Positions 34,331 to 46,404 of a stretch of 64,000 bases of DNA are shown piece by piece. Under the pieces are notes generated by a model, which was given only the letters and a program-made list of their open reading frames with translations, had not been told where the DNA came from and ran no database searches. The stretch lies in contig NC_086108.1 in assembly GCF_963921235.1 (NCBI RefSeq), positions 40,178,001 through 40,242,000 of the forward strand. The letters are read 5' to 3'. Every line of letters begins with the position of its first letter. The first letter of the stretch is position 1. The stretch comes from Mobula hypostoma. Taxonomy: Eukaryota. A program made the position numbers and the translations under genes.

Positions 34331-35836
34331 AGTGGGTGTTGGGAATAGCGAAACGAGTGGGTAAAGTGTGTGGGTGCTAGACAGATGTACTCATATGCAA
34401 GAGGGGAAGAAGTGGGAAATGGGGGAATGACCTGCATCATCCAGGATAAAGCAGCCCTCATAATTGGTGCAGCACCAACCACCATTGTGCAGGGGAGGGG
34501 CTGTATTTTGCATCAACTACAAAAAACAATGTAATTACTTGCCCAGGCCACACTGATGGCTTCTCCTGAACCCACATCCCCATGCTTGCCTGGCTGAGAC
34601 CTTGATTGAATGTGAGTAGGGTGCCTACGTGTAAGTTGTGTGAGAGGGCCTAGTCACCTGGAAGCTATCACGCAGTCCAAGGTAGTGGTCCAGGAGAAGG
34701 GGGGTGCCATTCTCGTAGGCTCCAGGAGAGATTCACTCCTGTTACTGGTCTAATATAAAACCTGTGAAGCATTGTCCACCTGGCTGATCCTTTTGTAGTC
34801 CCTGATAATTATTTTCTGACAGTACAGCATTCCAATCCACCTGCACAACCACCCTCCCCCCATGAGGCTTTGAATTAAATTGACAGATCATGCCATGATG
34901 CCTCATCAAAGTCCATTTGACAAACTTGAAGGGCTTGGGAATAGGTGGTGTCAACATCTGCCGCTTAAAATTGCAATTAGCCTGATTGGAGCAGGAAAGC
35001 TGGGCAAAAATGCCCTGCCCTCCTCCCCTCCCACATCACTCTATTTTAGCTGCTCCCTCTAACCCCTGCCTCATTTCCGCCTAGCAGTGAAGATAAAATC
35101 AACCACACTCAAAAATAAGTACATTAAGTTGCACTTTCGATTGCACCTAAAATGCAACAAGAATCACCAACTGTTCAATGTGAAAACACAGGAAATTAGA
35201 AATTCACTGTTAAAAAACGCACTTAAATTCTTTGAACTAAGAGTAGAATGAAAACAGCAAAAAAGTTAACCAATGCATGTACTAACCTAATGAATTGGAT
35301 ATATCTGATAAGGCGTCAAGTGCTTGTTAATTCACCTTCAAATGAGTGGCTTTACTGGAATGTGGAAATCATAATCTGAGAAGGGTGATTCTGAGATTTT
35401 CAACAATAGCATTTAGTTGCCATTAAGGATAAGCTCCTTTCTATTCAAATACATTTGGTAGCAGTAGATGCTTACAAAGGTAATTATATCCGGAGTTAAC
35501 ATGAAGGACTTTCCACATCTTCTACGTTGTTACATCGAGTGCACTTCCAGTTTTGACTTTAAAGTGTTGAGAAGAATGGGAAAGTTTATATATGAATCCA
35601 GGACCTCCTTTTAGCTTTGAAATGGCATTGTTAACCTGATGATAACTCACTCCTTGATAAAGACAAAGGCTGCAAACCCACCTGTTGCAGAGGTTGCAAG
35701 GATAGAGGAACTAGAAATTACAATGCTTCTGCTTTTAAGTGGTTGCACATTTGTAACCTAGGACATAGTTGTACTCAGTGTCATGAACAGACCAATATCC
35801 TATTGTATAAGTCTACATCAGACACACCAAAGATTC

Positions 35837-37770
35837 ACATAGAAAATGCTGGAGAAATTCAGTAGGTCAGGCAGCGTCTATGGAAATGAATAAACCGTTG
35901 ACGTTTTGGGCCAAGACCCTTCTTCAGGACTGAAAATTAAGGGAGAAGATGCCAGAATAAAATGAAAAATGTAAGGGGGTGGTGGAGGGGAAGGAGGCTA
36001 GCTGGACGGTGATGATTGAAGCCAGCTGGGAAGGAAAAGTCAAGGTTGGCGGAGAAGGAAGCTGATAGGGGAAGAAAGTAGATCACAGGACAGAGGAAAG
36101 GAGGAGGGGGCCAAGGGGGAAGTAATAGGCAGGTGAGAAGAGGTAAAAGGTCCGAGTGGGGAATAGAGGAAGGGAGGATGTGGAAAATTAGTAGAAATTG
36201 ATATTCATGCCAAAAGGTTGGAAGCTACTTTGGTGGAATATAAAGTGCTGCTCCTTCACCCTGAGGGTGGCCTCATCTTGGCACAAGTGGAGGCTATGGA
36301 CGGACACATCAGAACAGGAATAGGAATGGGAATTAAAATGTTTGGCCACCGAGAAGTCCTGCTTGTGGTGGAAGGTGCGGAGGTGCTCGACGAAGCAGTT
36401 CCCCAATTTACAGCGGGTCTCACCAATGTACAGGAGGCTGCATCAGGAGCACCAGACACTATAGACGACCCCAGTAGATATGCAGGTGAAGTGTTGCCTC
36501 ACCTCTCAGCAGGAATGACTTCCTGGGGCCTGAAGGAGGTGCACGGACAGGTGTAGCACTTAGGCCACTTGCAGGGCTGAGTGCCAGGAGGGAAATTAGT
36601 GGGGAGGGATGAATGGAGAAGGGAATTGAGGAGGGAGTGATCCCCGTGGAAAGTGGGGGAGGGGTAAAGATATGTTTTGTTGTAGGATCCCTTTGGAGAT
36701 GGTGGAAGTTGCAGAGGATAATGTATTAAATGCAGGGTCTGATGGGGTGGTAGGCAAGAAGAAGAGAAACTTTCATTATCAAGGCGACAGGAAGGCAGAG
36801 TGAATGCGGATATTCAGGAAATGGAGGAGATGTGGGTGAGGGCAGCATCAATAGTGGAAGGAGGGAAACCCTGTTCTTCAAAGGGTGGATATCTCTAATG
36901 TCCAGGAACAGAAAGCCGTGTCCTGGGAACAGATGCAATGGACGTGAAGAAACTGAGAAAAGGGAATAGCATTTTTACAGGAGACAGTGTGGGAAGAAGT
37001 ATAGTCATGATAACCATGGGAATTAGTAGGTTTACAAAAGATGTCGGTTGATAGTTTGTCTCCAGAGATGGCGAAAGAGAGATCGAGAAAGGGGAGGGAG
37101 GTGTCAGAGATGGACTAATTGAATTTAAGGGCCGGGCAGAAGTTAGAAGCAAAGTTGATAAAATTGATGAGCTCAACATGGGTGCATGAAGCAGCACCAA
37201 TGCAGTCATCAATGTAGCAGAGGAAGATTTGGGGAGTATAACTGGGGAAGGCTTAGAAGATGTACTGTTCTCTGTAGCCAGCAAAGAGGCAGGTGTAGCT
37301 GGGGCCCATGCGAGTACCCATGGCTACCCCTTGAGTTTGGAGAAAGTGAGAGGAGCCAAAGGAAAACTTATTAATGGTGAGGACCAGTTCTGCAGATGGA
37401 GAAGGGTGGTTGTGGTGGCGGTGGCGGTGCTGGTGGGTGGGGGGTGATGGGTGCATTTGGTTAGTTCCTTTGACAAGAAAGAAGCAGAGAACTGTGAGGC
37501 CTTCTTGATGGGAATAGCAGTGTATAGGAACTGAACATCCATGTTGAAGATGAGGTGGTCAGGGCCAGGGAATTGAAAACTACTGAAGAGACTGAAGGCA
37601 TGAGAAGTGTCACTCATGTGGTGGATGAGACTGTACCAATGGGGATAGAACAGAATTGAGATATAAGGACACGAGTTCAGTGGGCTAGGAGTAGACAGAG
37701 ACAATAGGCCTATTCTGACAGTCAGCTTTGTGGATCTTGGGTAGGAGGTAGAAGCAAGCAATGTGGGGTA
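35837..37770 (-). mobile_element. Penelope-like element, 5'-truncated, decayed (RT + GIY-YIG endonuclease + pseudo-LTR)
   Basis: FYLLPKIHK..RPIVS, FSFGSSHFLQTQGVAMGTRMGPSY, GNCFVEHLR..VAKHFNS motifs; flanked by duplicated ACACCAAAGATTC (35824-35836, 37774-37786). Confidence 0.9.
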
Positions 37771-38384
37771 GATACACCAAAGATTCTAAACTGCAGAAAG
37801 TGTATATAACTCTTCTGGTAATACTTCTACTATGTAAAGTCCACTGTCCAGGAACCCCTCCCCACTCCTCACTCCTGCCCTGTATAGTCTAGGATACTAG
37901 CGGCAAGAATGCTCGAGCTACTTGGATAGAGTACAAGCCCATTTTGAAGGCTGTGTGTCGTCTCTGCCTGTATGGTAGGTCAGGTCAAATAGGAAAGATT
38001 GCCAAGCATCCAATATTACCTAGGGGTTGAAAATGATCTCTGGGAAATGACGTAACCAATCCAGAAGAGGAATCTTCTAGGAATTTACAACATTATGGCT
38101 GGCATGTTCTACTGTATAGTGACATTTTAGTGCACCAGGTAAGGGAGCTTTTTTTTTATATAAAGGTCAGTGATCAAATGCAGTTGAGTACATTGTACAA
38201 CTCCTGTCATTAGGTATGAATCCACTGCCTGGACTGAGTGGAACTCCAACAATATTAAAAAAAGCATTGCACTGTCCAGGACAATACAGCCCGTTCACTG
38301 ACTGAATATCTACCAGCCTGTCATTCTCATTCACTCCTATCTACAGCATACATCTCTTCCATCAAGAAGGATAGAATCAGCAGG

Positions 38385-38600
38385 TGTAATTCTGAAATAA
38401 AAACAAAAAGGATGGAAACACTCAGCAGGTCAGGGAACATCTGTGGAAAGAGAAAGAGTTAAAGTTTCATATCCAGGACCTTTATCAGAACTGGGGAAGG
38501 GAGAAAATAAATTAGGAGCTGAGACGGTAGGGGAATGATGGGTAGAACAGAGGAAATATCTCTTATAGGATGAGACCAGTTGGGTTATTGAGGGCTTTCA
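38385..38600 (-). mobile_element. Penelope-associated terminal repeat fragment
   Basis: aaacactcagcaggtcagg..catctgtggaaagagaaa.. resembles 35840-35935; a similar piece lies at about 22110-22230. Confidence 0.55.
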
Positions 38601-38734
38601 CAGTAGAAGTGAAGCCCCTTATGTTACATCATCTGCGTGATATTTTGCAAAAGTGTGGCTGAGGGATATGCCCAGCACAATATAATATACTAATAGAAAA
38701 TGATGACTGAGCCAAACTGATGCTTTCCTGTGAC

Positions 38735-39258
38735 AGCACTCCATATTGATGTGCTCAGTGGTAGGGAGGGCTTTACTCATGTGGGCTGAGCCATATTTAC
38801 TGCTTCTTGGAGGATTTTCTGCTCAAGGAACTGGTGTTTCCCTACCCGGCCATGATGCAACCAGTCAAATAAACTTCCCACCACACATCTATAGAAGTTT
38901 ATCAAAGTTTTAGATGTCATGTTGACTCTTTGCAAACATCTAAGGAAGTAGTGATGCAGCTGACCTTTCTTCAGAATTTCACTATGGGCTGGGCCCGGGA
39001 CAAATCCCCAGAAATGATAACACCAAGAAATTCAAAGTGGCTGATCTTCTCCACCTCTGATCCTCTGATGAGGACTAGTTCATGGACCTTTGGTTTCCTC
39101 CTCCTGAAGTTAATGATCAGCTCCTTGGTCTTGCTGACGTTGAATAAGAGGTTGTTGTTGTGACACCACTCAGCCAGATTTTGAATATACTTCCTATATG
39201 CTGAATAGTCACCACCGTTGATTCAGCCAATGACAGTGATGTCATCAGCAAATTTAAA
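38735..39258 (-). mobile_element. Rex1/Babar RT fragment
   Basis: Minus strand [31 protein letters not shown]. Confidence 0.8.
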
Positions 39259-39922
39259 ACATGTAGTAAATGTGATAAGTTGTGGTAAATGAATAAAATA
39301 AATGAAGTTTATTCCAGGAGCAGAGTTTTCCTGGGTAAATTGAAGTATTTTTCCTTTATTGATTTTTTTTTCAGTTTCTTCCATTTTGAACTAATTTGTT
39401 GTGTGTCTATGCTGGGCTGTTTCTCGTAGTGGCTTCATCATAACAGACTTGGGGCAAGACAGCTTTCAGTCTTTATTCGGGATTCTTATCATAAACTGTC
39501 TTAAAATATGGCTTTCTGAGAAGTTGATCAACTTTTTAACAGCTGTAATCTGCAAATATAGTGATGTAGAGATCATTGCAATTTTAGTTTGGCCCCTCAA
39601 TAGAATTCCTATTTGCCAACAGCCAGACTTTGCTCCTGTGAAAGGCCTTGACATACTTTGCTACGTAAAGGGTGGTGTAAAAGAGCACACAATCAGTTAT
39701 TCACTTCATTTGTATGAAGAATCCCAAACTATTCAAGAAATAAGGTTTCACTAGATGACTTGTTGATGATTGACCCTCAAGAACAGGAGGAAAGCTGGTA
39801 ATTTAAACTAACAAAGTATGTTATTAAAGCAAAGACCAAGACCCCATAGAGAGGGAGAGACATGTAGCAATTCTTAACCATTGAGCAAAACTGTATCTAG
39901 ACCCGTCATATAGCCTCTGCTT

Positions 39923-40000
39923 CAGGGGTTCCCAATTTTTTATGCCATGAACCTGTACCATTTACCAAGGGGTCCATGGACATGAAGTTGGGAATCTCTG
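39923..40000. mobile_element. ~80-bp hAT-type MITE
   Basis: TIR caggggttcccaa / ttgggaatctctg; second copy at 43741-43820. Confidence 0.7.
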
Positions 40001-40312
40001 CTCTACGTATACAACTTCTATATGCTCACTTTCCACTACCAATCTGCAGCTGTTCATGAGGAGCCTCAGCTGTTGGTAATGCTCTAACTCTGTTCCTACT
40101 GTTGTCACCCCTTCTCCTCCTATCATCTGGTTTTCATCTTTGCCCCATACCACAAACGGCATCCAGTCTTTGCTTTGATTCCTCTGATGCTCTTCCAACC
40201 TGCAAAGGTGTTCTTGATGAAGCAGTTTAAACATAAAGTCTCCTCATCAAACTCCAGAGGCCAGAACTGATTCTCTCCATCCAACATTTTGTAAGTTATT
40301 GCCCGTTCAGGT

Positions 40313-41559
40313 AAGTGGATTCTGGTTAATTGTGGACCAATACATATTGGCCCAATTAGCCAAATGCCTCAGTAGGTACATTTAATGTCAGAGAAATGTA
40401 CGCAATATACATCCTGAAATTCTTTTTCTTTGCAAACATCCACAAAAACAGAGGAGTGCCCCAAAGAATGAAAGACAGTTAAATGTTAGAAGCCCAAAGC
40501 CTCTCCCCAACTCCCCCTCCCACACACAACCAGCAGCAAGGCAACAAGCCACTCCCTCCCTCACCAGCAAAAAAGCATCGGCATTCCCCACCAAGCACTC
40601 AAGCTGCACAGTGTGCAGCAAAGCATCAATAAAGACACAGACTTGCAGTACCCCAAAGACTACTCGTTCACCCAGTATTCAACATACCACAGGCTCTCTC
40701 TCTCCCTAATAAGGGAGAAAGAGTTGTCTCTGTTTCACAGTGAGAGGGGAGACATAACAAAACAACTCACTGATTTATAGTGTTAAAAGTCTGTTGCGTC
40801 GCTTTTTCTGAGCTCTGTGCTGCTGGACACACAACCAACAGCAAGCCCACTGCTTTCGATCTTCCTTGTTCTCCTGCAACGCATCAGCTCAATTAGCCAA
40901 AGCTCCATGGAAATAGTAAAAAAGGTATAAAAAAGACAAACTACTGTTTAACTGAGTAATGAATTACGTAATTAAATGAAATACAGAATAAATTACAACA
41001 CTATCAACACTACTACAGCAAGATAAAACTGTGTATTAGTTTCTAACAGTTATCGATGGAGGAATTCATCCAGTGTATGCTGCCACGTTCTTTTGATTGA
41101 GTGTAAATAAACAAAATCTGCGCAGACACCTAATATAGATAAAGTACAGCTTTTATGCATACAATCCTTTCGACAATTGCATCCTCCAAATCATCATTTT
41201 AATTATAACATTCAAGAAGATCATCGATACCTTCAAATTCTTTGTAGTGCCTAACATGTTGAAGTAGTGAAATCATTTTGATTTCACTCCCACCTGTTTC
41301 TGGCATCTCCAGGTCTGAATGCTCAAAATCGCAATGGTCCTGAATTTTCTTACTGCTTATTTCTCACCAACTATCAGTAACAAAAATCATTGCTTTTTGA
41401 ACACAAACACACGTGACTGACGCTAGTTAAGTGACACAGTGTCCCAAATAAATGAATGGAATCCCGGCTATTTACTCGATTAGTTTTTGTTCTTTAAAAT
41501 TTGGCCCAAATAAGTGGCTGCCCCGATTGACCAAGGCACAATTGACTGGTATCCACTGC
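40313..41559. mobile_element. pogo/Tigger-like non-autonomous DNA transposon
   Basis: Imperfect TIRs agtggattctggttaattg / caattgactggtatccactg; interrupted at 40365-40889. Confidence 0.6.
40365..40889 (-). mobile_element. Non-autonomous retroposon with Rex-like tail
   Basis: 12-bp TSD CAATTAGCCAAA at 40353-40364 and 40890-40901. Confidence 0.75.
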
Positions 41560-41999
41560 ATGACAAAATTTCCACTTGTCTTTAAGGGGTAGGAAGTCTG
41601 CTTCAATGTTCCATAAAGATCTCTAAGTTTTTAGCTTTCTGCTTCATTTTTCAATGTGCGTGTGAGGAGGTAAGCCCAATGATCTACTTTCTCTGCCTTT
41701 ATATAGTGCTTCCATTCATCATTAAGCTTGCCCTAGAGAGCCACTGTAAACCGCCCAGGTAGGGATATGACTGGCTATGTCAGCACAAGGGTCAGTAGGA
41801 CTTTGCATCTAGTTTTCTCATTTGTGAAAAATATCTTCACAATGCTGTTTTGAGCTGTGTGATTAAAGTGATGCTTGCATTGAAATATTCCTGATAATCC
41901 TACCCTGACATAACCATTATTAGTCCCAACTTCTGTATCTCACAAAGGAAGGCAAAATGAAAGGTTGATAATATTTTGAAGATGAGTAGCAGGCCAAAA

Positions 42000-43680
42000 G
42001 ATAGAAAGCAGCAAAGATGCATAAATGCAATGCGAAAGGAGAATGTAGATTATGAGAATAAGTCACATAAAATATGAACTTCTACAAGTATATAGCTCGA
42101 GGATGATAGATGTAACTATTGATCTCATTGAGTATGAGAAGAAGGGAAATGGAAGAGACTTTGCAGATAGACACCAAGTATTGCTTTATTGTAGGAGACA
42201 ACAAAAGCATCCCAATAATAGAAGAGAATCCAAAGGTAAAAGAGTGAGAGGAACTTAAATGAGGAACTGTTGCCAGAGGTAAGGAATGAGGCAAACTAAT
42301 GATGCAAAAGCAGACAGGTTCCATCAATCTCAAGACCTTCTTCTTAGAATCCTAAACAAAATGACTGCAATGGTGCTGGTTGTATTAGTTGCAATCTGCC
42401 AAAATTCCTTCACAGATCAAAGCACCACAAATGTAACATTCTTATTCCAGAAAGGAGAGGGACAGAAGTCAGGAAACTTGTGTGCCAGTGAACCTGCTGG
42501 GAAAATACTGGAACCAATTAATAAGGACATATCAAGACAAATCTATGTGCTTTTAAGAGAGGGAAATTGTGTTTGACAAGTTTCTTAGGGTTTTTTGGCA
42601 GTATGATAAATAGGTTGTGTAAAGAGGAATTATTAGATTTAGTGTATTTGGATTTCCAAAGGATATTTAATGAGATGCCATATAAAGATTTCATCAACAA
42701 TGGTTGCTTCATAAGCTTTGGTAGAGAGTTGGCTGGTGAACAGAAGGCAGATAGTTGTGATAAAGAAATATTTTTTAAGTTGGCAAGCTGTACCTCAGGG
42801 ATCAGTTCTGGTGGTTCAACTAATTACAATCTACGTTAGTGGATAACAAAATGTATACTGTAATCAAATTTGCTGATCATGCGAAGTTAGATGGGAAAGT
42901 AGGTTGTGAGAGGATCCAAATCATCTGTAAAGGGATCTGAATTGTTTAGCAGGTGAAGAAAATTTCAACATCTGAAGTAATAACGTGGGAAATATGAGGC
43001 TACCCACTTTGGTAAGAGGAAAACAGAAACAGAACATTGTATTTGACATTGTATTTGGAGAGAGACCACAGAATCCTTCCATACAGATGAATCTGCATGT
43101 TCTTATATCCAAAGTCAGCATGCATTTACAGGTAATAATTGAGAAGTGAAATGGTATTTTGAAATGAAACAGAATTAAAAACAATGAAAGTAATAAGCTG
43201 GTTGAGCAGCATCTGCAAAGAGAGAAACAAGACTAAATGATATATGGTTTATTGTAAAGAAGGCAGATTATAAAATAAAAAAGTTTTGCTCTAGCTCCCA
43301 GTATGAGGAAGGAAGTATGAGGAAGTACATTGGATGGAGCTTACGGCAAATTCACTAAGATAATTTCTGAAAAAAGCGCTTGATTTATGAAGAAAATTTG
43401 AGTAGGTAGGCATATACTCATTGGAGTTTAGAAGAATGAGAGGTGATCTTAATGAAACAACTAAGATTCTGAAGAGGATTGAAAAGATCAGTGCTGAATA
43501 TTTCCCCACATTGGGGAAAAGACTTGGGAACAAATTTTTAGCATATTAGGTCATCCTTTAAGGATGAGGATGAGGAGGACTTTCACCTCCTAGAAGGTTT
43601 TGACTTTGGAATTTGCTATTCCATAGAGATGTCAAAACAGAGTCAATGATTCAATGTAGATTCAGATTAGTTTGTTGTCA
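42000..43680 (+). mobile_element. Old, heavily decayed CR1
   Basis: NVTFLFQKG, CLTSFLGFF, DLVYLDFQRIF, tttagaagaatgagaggtgatctt motifs. Confidence 0.75.
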
Positions 43681-43740
43681 TATTCATCAGAGTGCAATGA
43701 AATTCAGCAAAGCTTGGGATAGTGCAAGAAAGGTTTAGTG

Positions 43741-43820
43741 CAGGGGTTCCCAATCTTTTTTATGTCATGGACCCTGACCAGTAACCAAGGGGTCCATGGA
43801 TCCCAGGTTGGGAACCACTG
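43741..43820. mobile_element. ~80-bp hAT-type MITE
   Basis: TIR caggggttcccaa / ttgggaaccactg; imperfect 8-bp flanks gtttagtg / ctttagag. Confidence 0.75.
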
Positions 43821-44629
43821 CTTTAGAGAGATATGACCAAAAGCAGGCAAATAAGATGAGCTGAGGGTGGTACCTTGGTCCACATGGATGAGATTGAATG
43901 AAAAGGCCTGCATCCATGCTGTACATCTAATTCCCTGTGTCCACTTGTTAAGAGTATCAAATTTAACAAGATTCTTAGCAGGAATCTCCTACAGTAAATA
44001 AATTTCCTCCTGGTTTCTTTCCTACAAACTGAATCTTTCCCAGTCCACCACTGACAACACTCATCCACACAAACACAAAATCCATTAACTCAAAAATGGT
44101 TTCTCTTTTTGCCTTTCTATCTTGTTCAATTTTCACAGATTCTGGATTCATTTTATCGATTGGTCTGATGTGTTCCATTATTGATGTTAAAAACCAAATG
44201 TCCCTGTGGGAGATGATGCTATCATCGAGCGACATACAATTAGCTCATTTTCTACCCTGATCAAAAATCAACAATACACTGTGAAGTTCCTGTTATTCAG
44301 CCTGTGTTGGAATTTGAAGATGCCAGTTCATTCAATGCAGGTTATGGAAATTTCTTTCCAAACTTGTTGCAGTTATTTGCAGTCTTGGTACACTTCTTAA
44401 GTCTTGCTGCTTTTCTTTGGGACCCGTCTGCTTGAGCATCATGGTGGCCATTCACCGCATGCAAGCCTAGATGGTTTAAAGGGCCACAGGCTTGGAAACC
44501 ACCGGGAAGATGCTAAAGGTTAATTTTACAACATGGAAGGTGTTGCGGCAGAGGGAGAAAATGAAAATATTCTGCATCATGGGATAGCCGAGACTTATGG
44601 GGACGATCAACTGCAGTAATGATGAGTGA

Positions 44630-44925
44630 TTATTAATAGAGTTGCTGTCTCACAGCCCCAGCAATATGAATTCAATCCTAACCTCTGCTGCTGTCTGTGT
44701 GGAATTTGGATGTTCACCCTGTGAGCTTGTGGATTTTTTTCTGATTCCTCCTGCTCCCAAAGGCATATGGGCTGATAAGTTAATCGTTCAGTGTAAATTT
44801 CCACAAGTCTGTAGACGAGTGGTAGAATCTAAGGGGAGTGATGGGATTATGGGTAAGATGAAATAGTATCAGTGCTTAACGGTCAGCAAAAGGCCTATTT
44901 TTCAGCTATGTGATTCCAGAACTCT
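44630..44925 (+). mobile_element. HE1/V-SINE-like SINE
   Basis: Homologous to 26795-27150. Confidence 0.65.
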
Positions 44926-45367
44926 AGGACAAACCCTTGGATTTCTCTTGAATAAATTATGGATATCAAGCCAGTTAAGTTAAAAAGATCTCCAGATGCC
45001 TGTTACTGTAGTGCGTCTGGTGTTGAGGTGCCAGATTTCTGGTCTTTTATCATACAGGGAGCTTGGATGTTAAACACCGGACAGCAGTATTATTCAGCAA
45101 TGTTCTATTATTTTATACACTTCACAGTGAACAAGGACCTTGAAACGGAGTGGCGTGTAGAAGCAACAAGGTAGTTGTTGTGTTACTTCTGTCTAAATAT
45201 ACCGTGGGTTAACAGTAAAGAATCATATTCTGGAAGAATTAGAGAACTCTTATTTATAGCAATAAACAAACACGTCTTAATCCAGCCACGTGCTGGAACA
45301 TTCTGGCAATCCCACGCATGCTTAGTGCTCTGTCCAATCAAGTACTGTCACATCATTGCACGTGATA

Positions 45368-46335
45368 CTGTTAACTAGTGCGCATGCGCCGGTCGTGCAT
45401 GCAGCCTGTTACAGCTGTTCCGACGAGTATTCTTACTTTTTTAACTTACGTTATTTTTTGTATTTTTTTTCACGGTAACACGTTGAAGTTGCACCTTCTC
45501 TAACACGCTGGTAGAGAGAGTTTTATTTAGGTTTTTAGCGCTGGAAATAGTTACATTCTGACACGTCTCATTAGCGGGACAGAAGCATGGTCGCATTGTT
45601 TATTCCAGCGACCAGCTGATTGAGCTTATGCCAGCCAGTTTAGCCAGCAGAGCGGCGGACACCCCTGCTGAAATGTGGAGGAAAACACACAGAGGATGCA
45701 GAGGGGGATCACAAAGGTGAGGAAAGAGGACTGGGTTGAGACAACAGAGACTTATGGAGAAGAGGAGTTCGGTGGGTAATAAAATGGATGAGTTCACGGC
45801 ACTAGCCAGGCATCAGAGAACATTTCGGGAGTGCAGTGTTATACGTTTTACTGGAACGGGGCTGCACGAGTACATACCCGATCAAATCTTTTCCATGGAT
45901 GGCTTCCAGACCGTTCGGGCTGACCGGAAGTGCACTGAGAGCGGTAAGCGTAAAGGAGTTGGGTGCTTACTGTTCTGGTTAACAACGGATGGTGCAATCC
46001 GGGTCATATTATGATCGAGGAATGTGTTTGTAGACCGGATATTGAACTTTTTGCTGTTGGACCCCGGCCATATTCCACCAAGATACAACACTGGGCATTA
46101 CGGGAGGTTGTTCCTGCCTGTGGCCATCGAACTTTGCAGCTCCTCCCATGGAGGGTCAGACACCCTGAGCCAATAGGCTGGTCCTGGACTTATTTTCACC
46201 TGGCATAGTCTGCATTTTGTTGTTTGATTGTTTGTGGTTTCTGTATTGCTGTATTTATGCTCTGTTCTTGGTTGGTGTGGCTTTAACGAAACCCAATTTC
46301 CCTCGGGATCAATAAAGTATATCTATCCATCTATC
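45368..46335 (+). mobile_element. Internally deleted Rex1/Babar element inserted in the 3' LTR of Gypsy B
   Basis: 5'UTR and endonuclease N-terminus (SVGNKMDE..FRECSV..GFQTVRADR..SGKRKG) joined directly to the ORF end and ggatcaataaagtat(atct)n tail. Confidence 0.8.
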
Positions 46336-46404
46336 ATATCACCACATCTTTCCTTCCTTAAAAAGAAAAACAATTAACAATGTTAATCAAGGCAAATACA
46401 TAAT

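Noticed and set aside
39401..39754. 117-aa ORF or minus-strand terminal exon
   Set aside because: No recognisable domain and only one plausible splice site.
43975..44520. Minus-strand host exon(s)
   Set aside because: An acceptor-like site and short open frames exist, but no protein was recognised and no frame is preferred.
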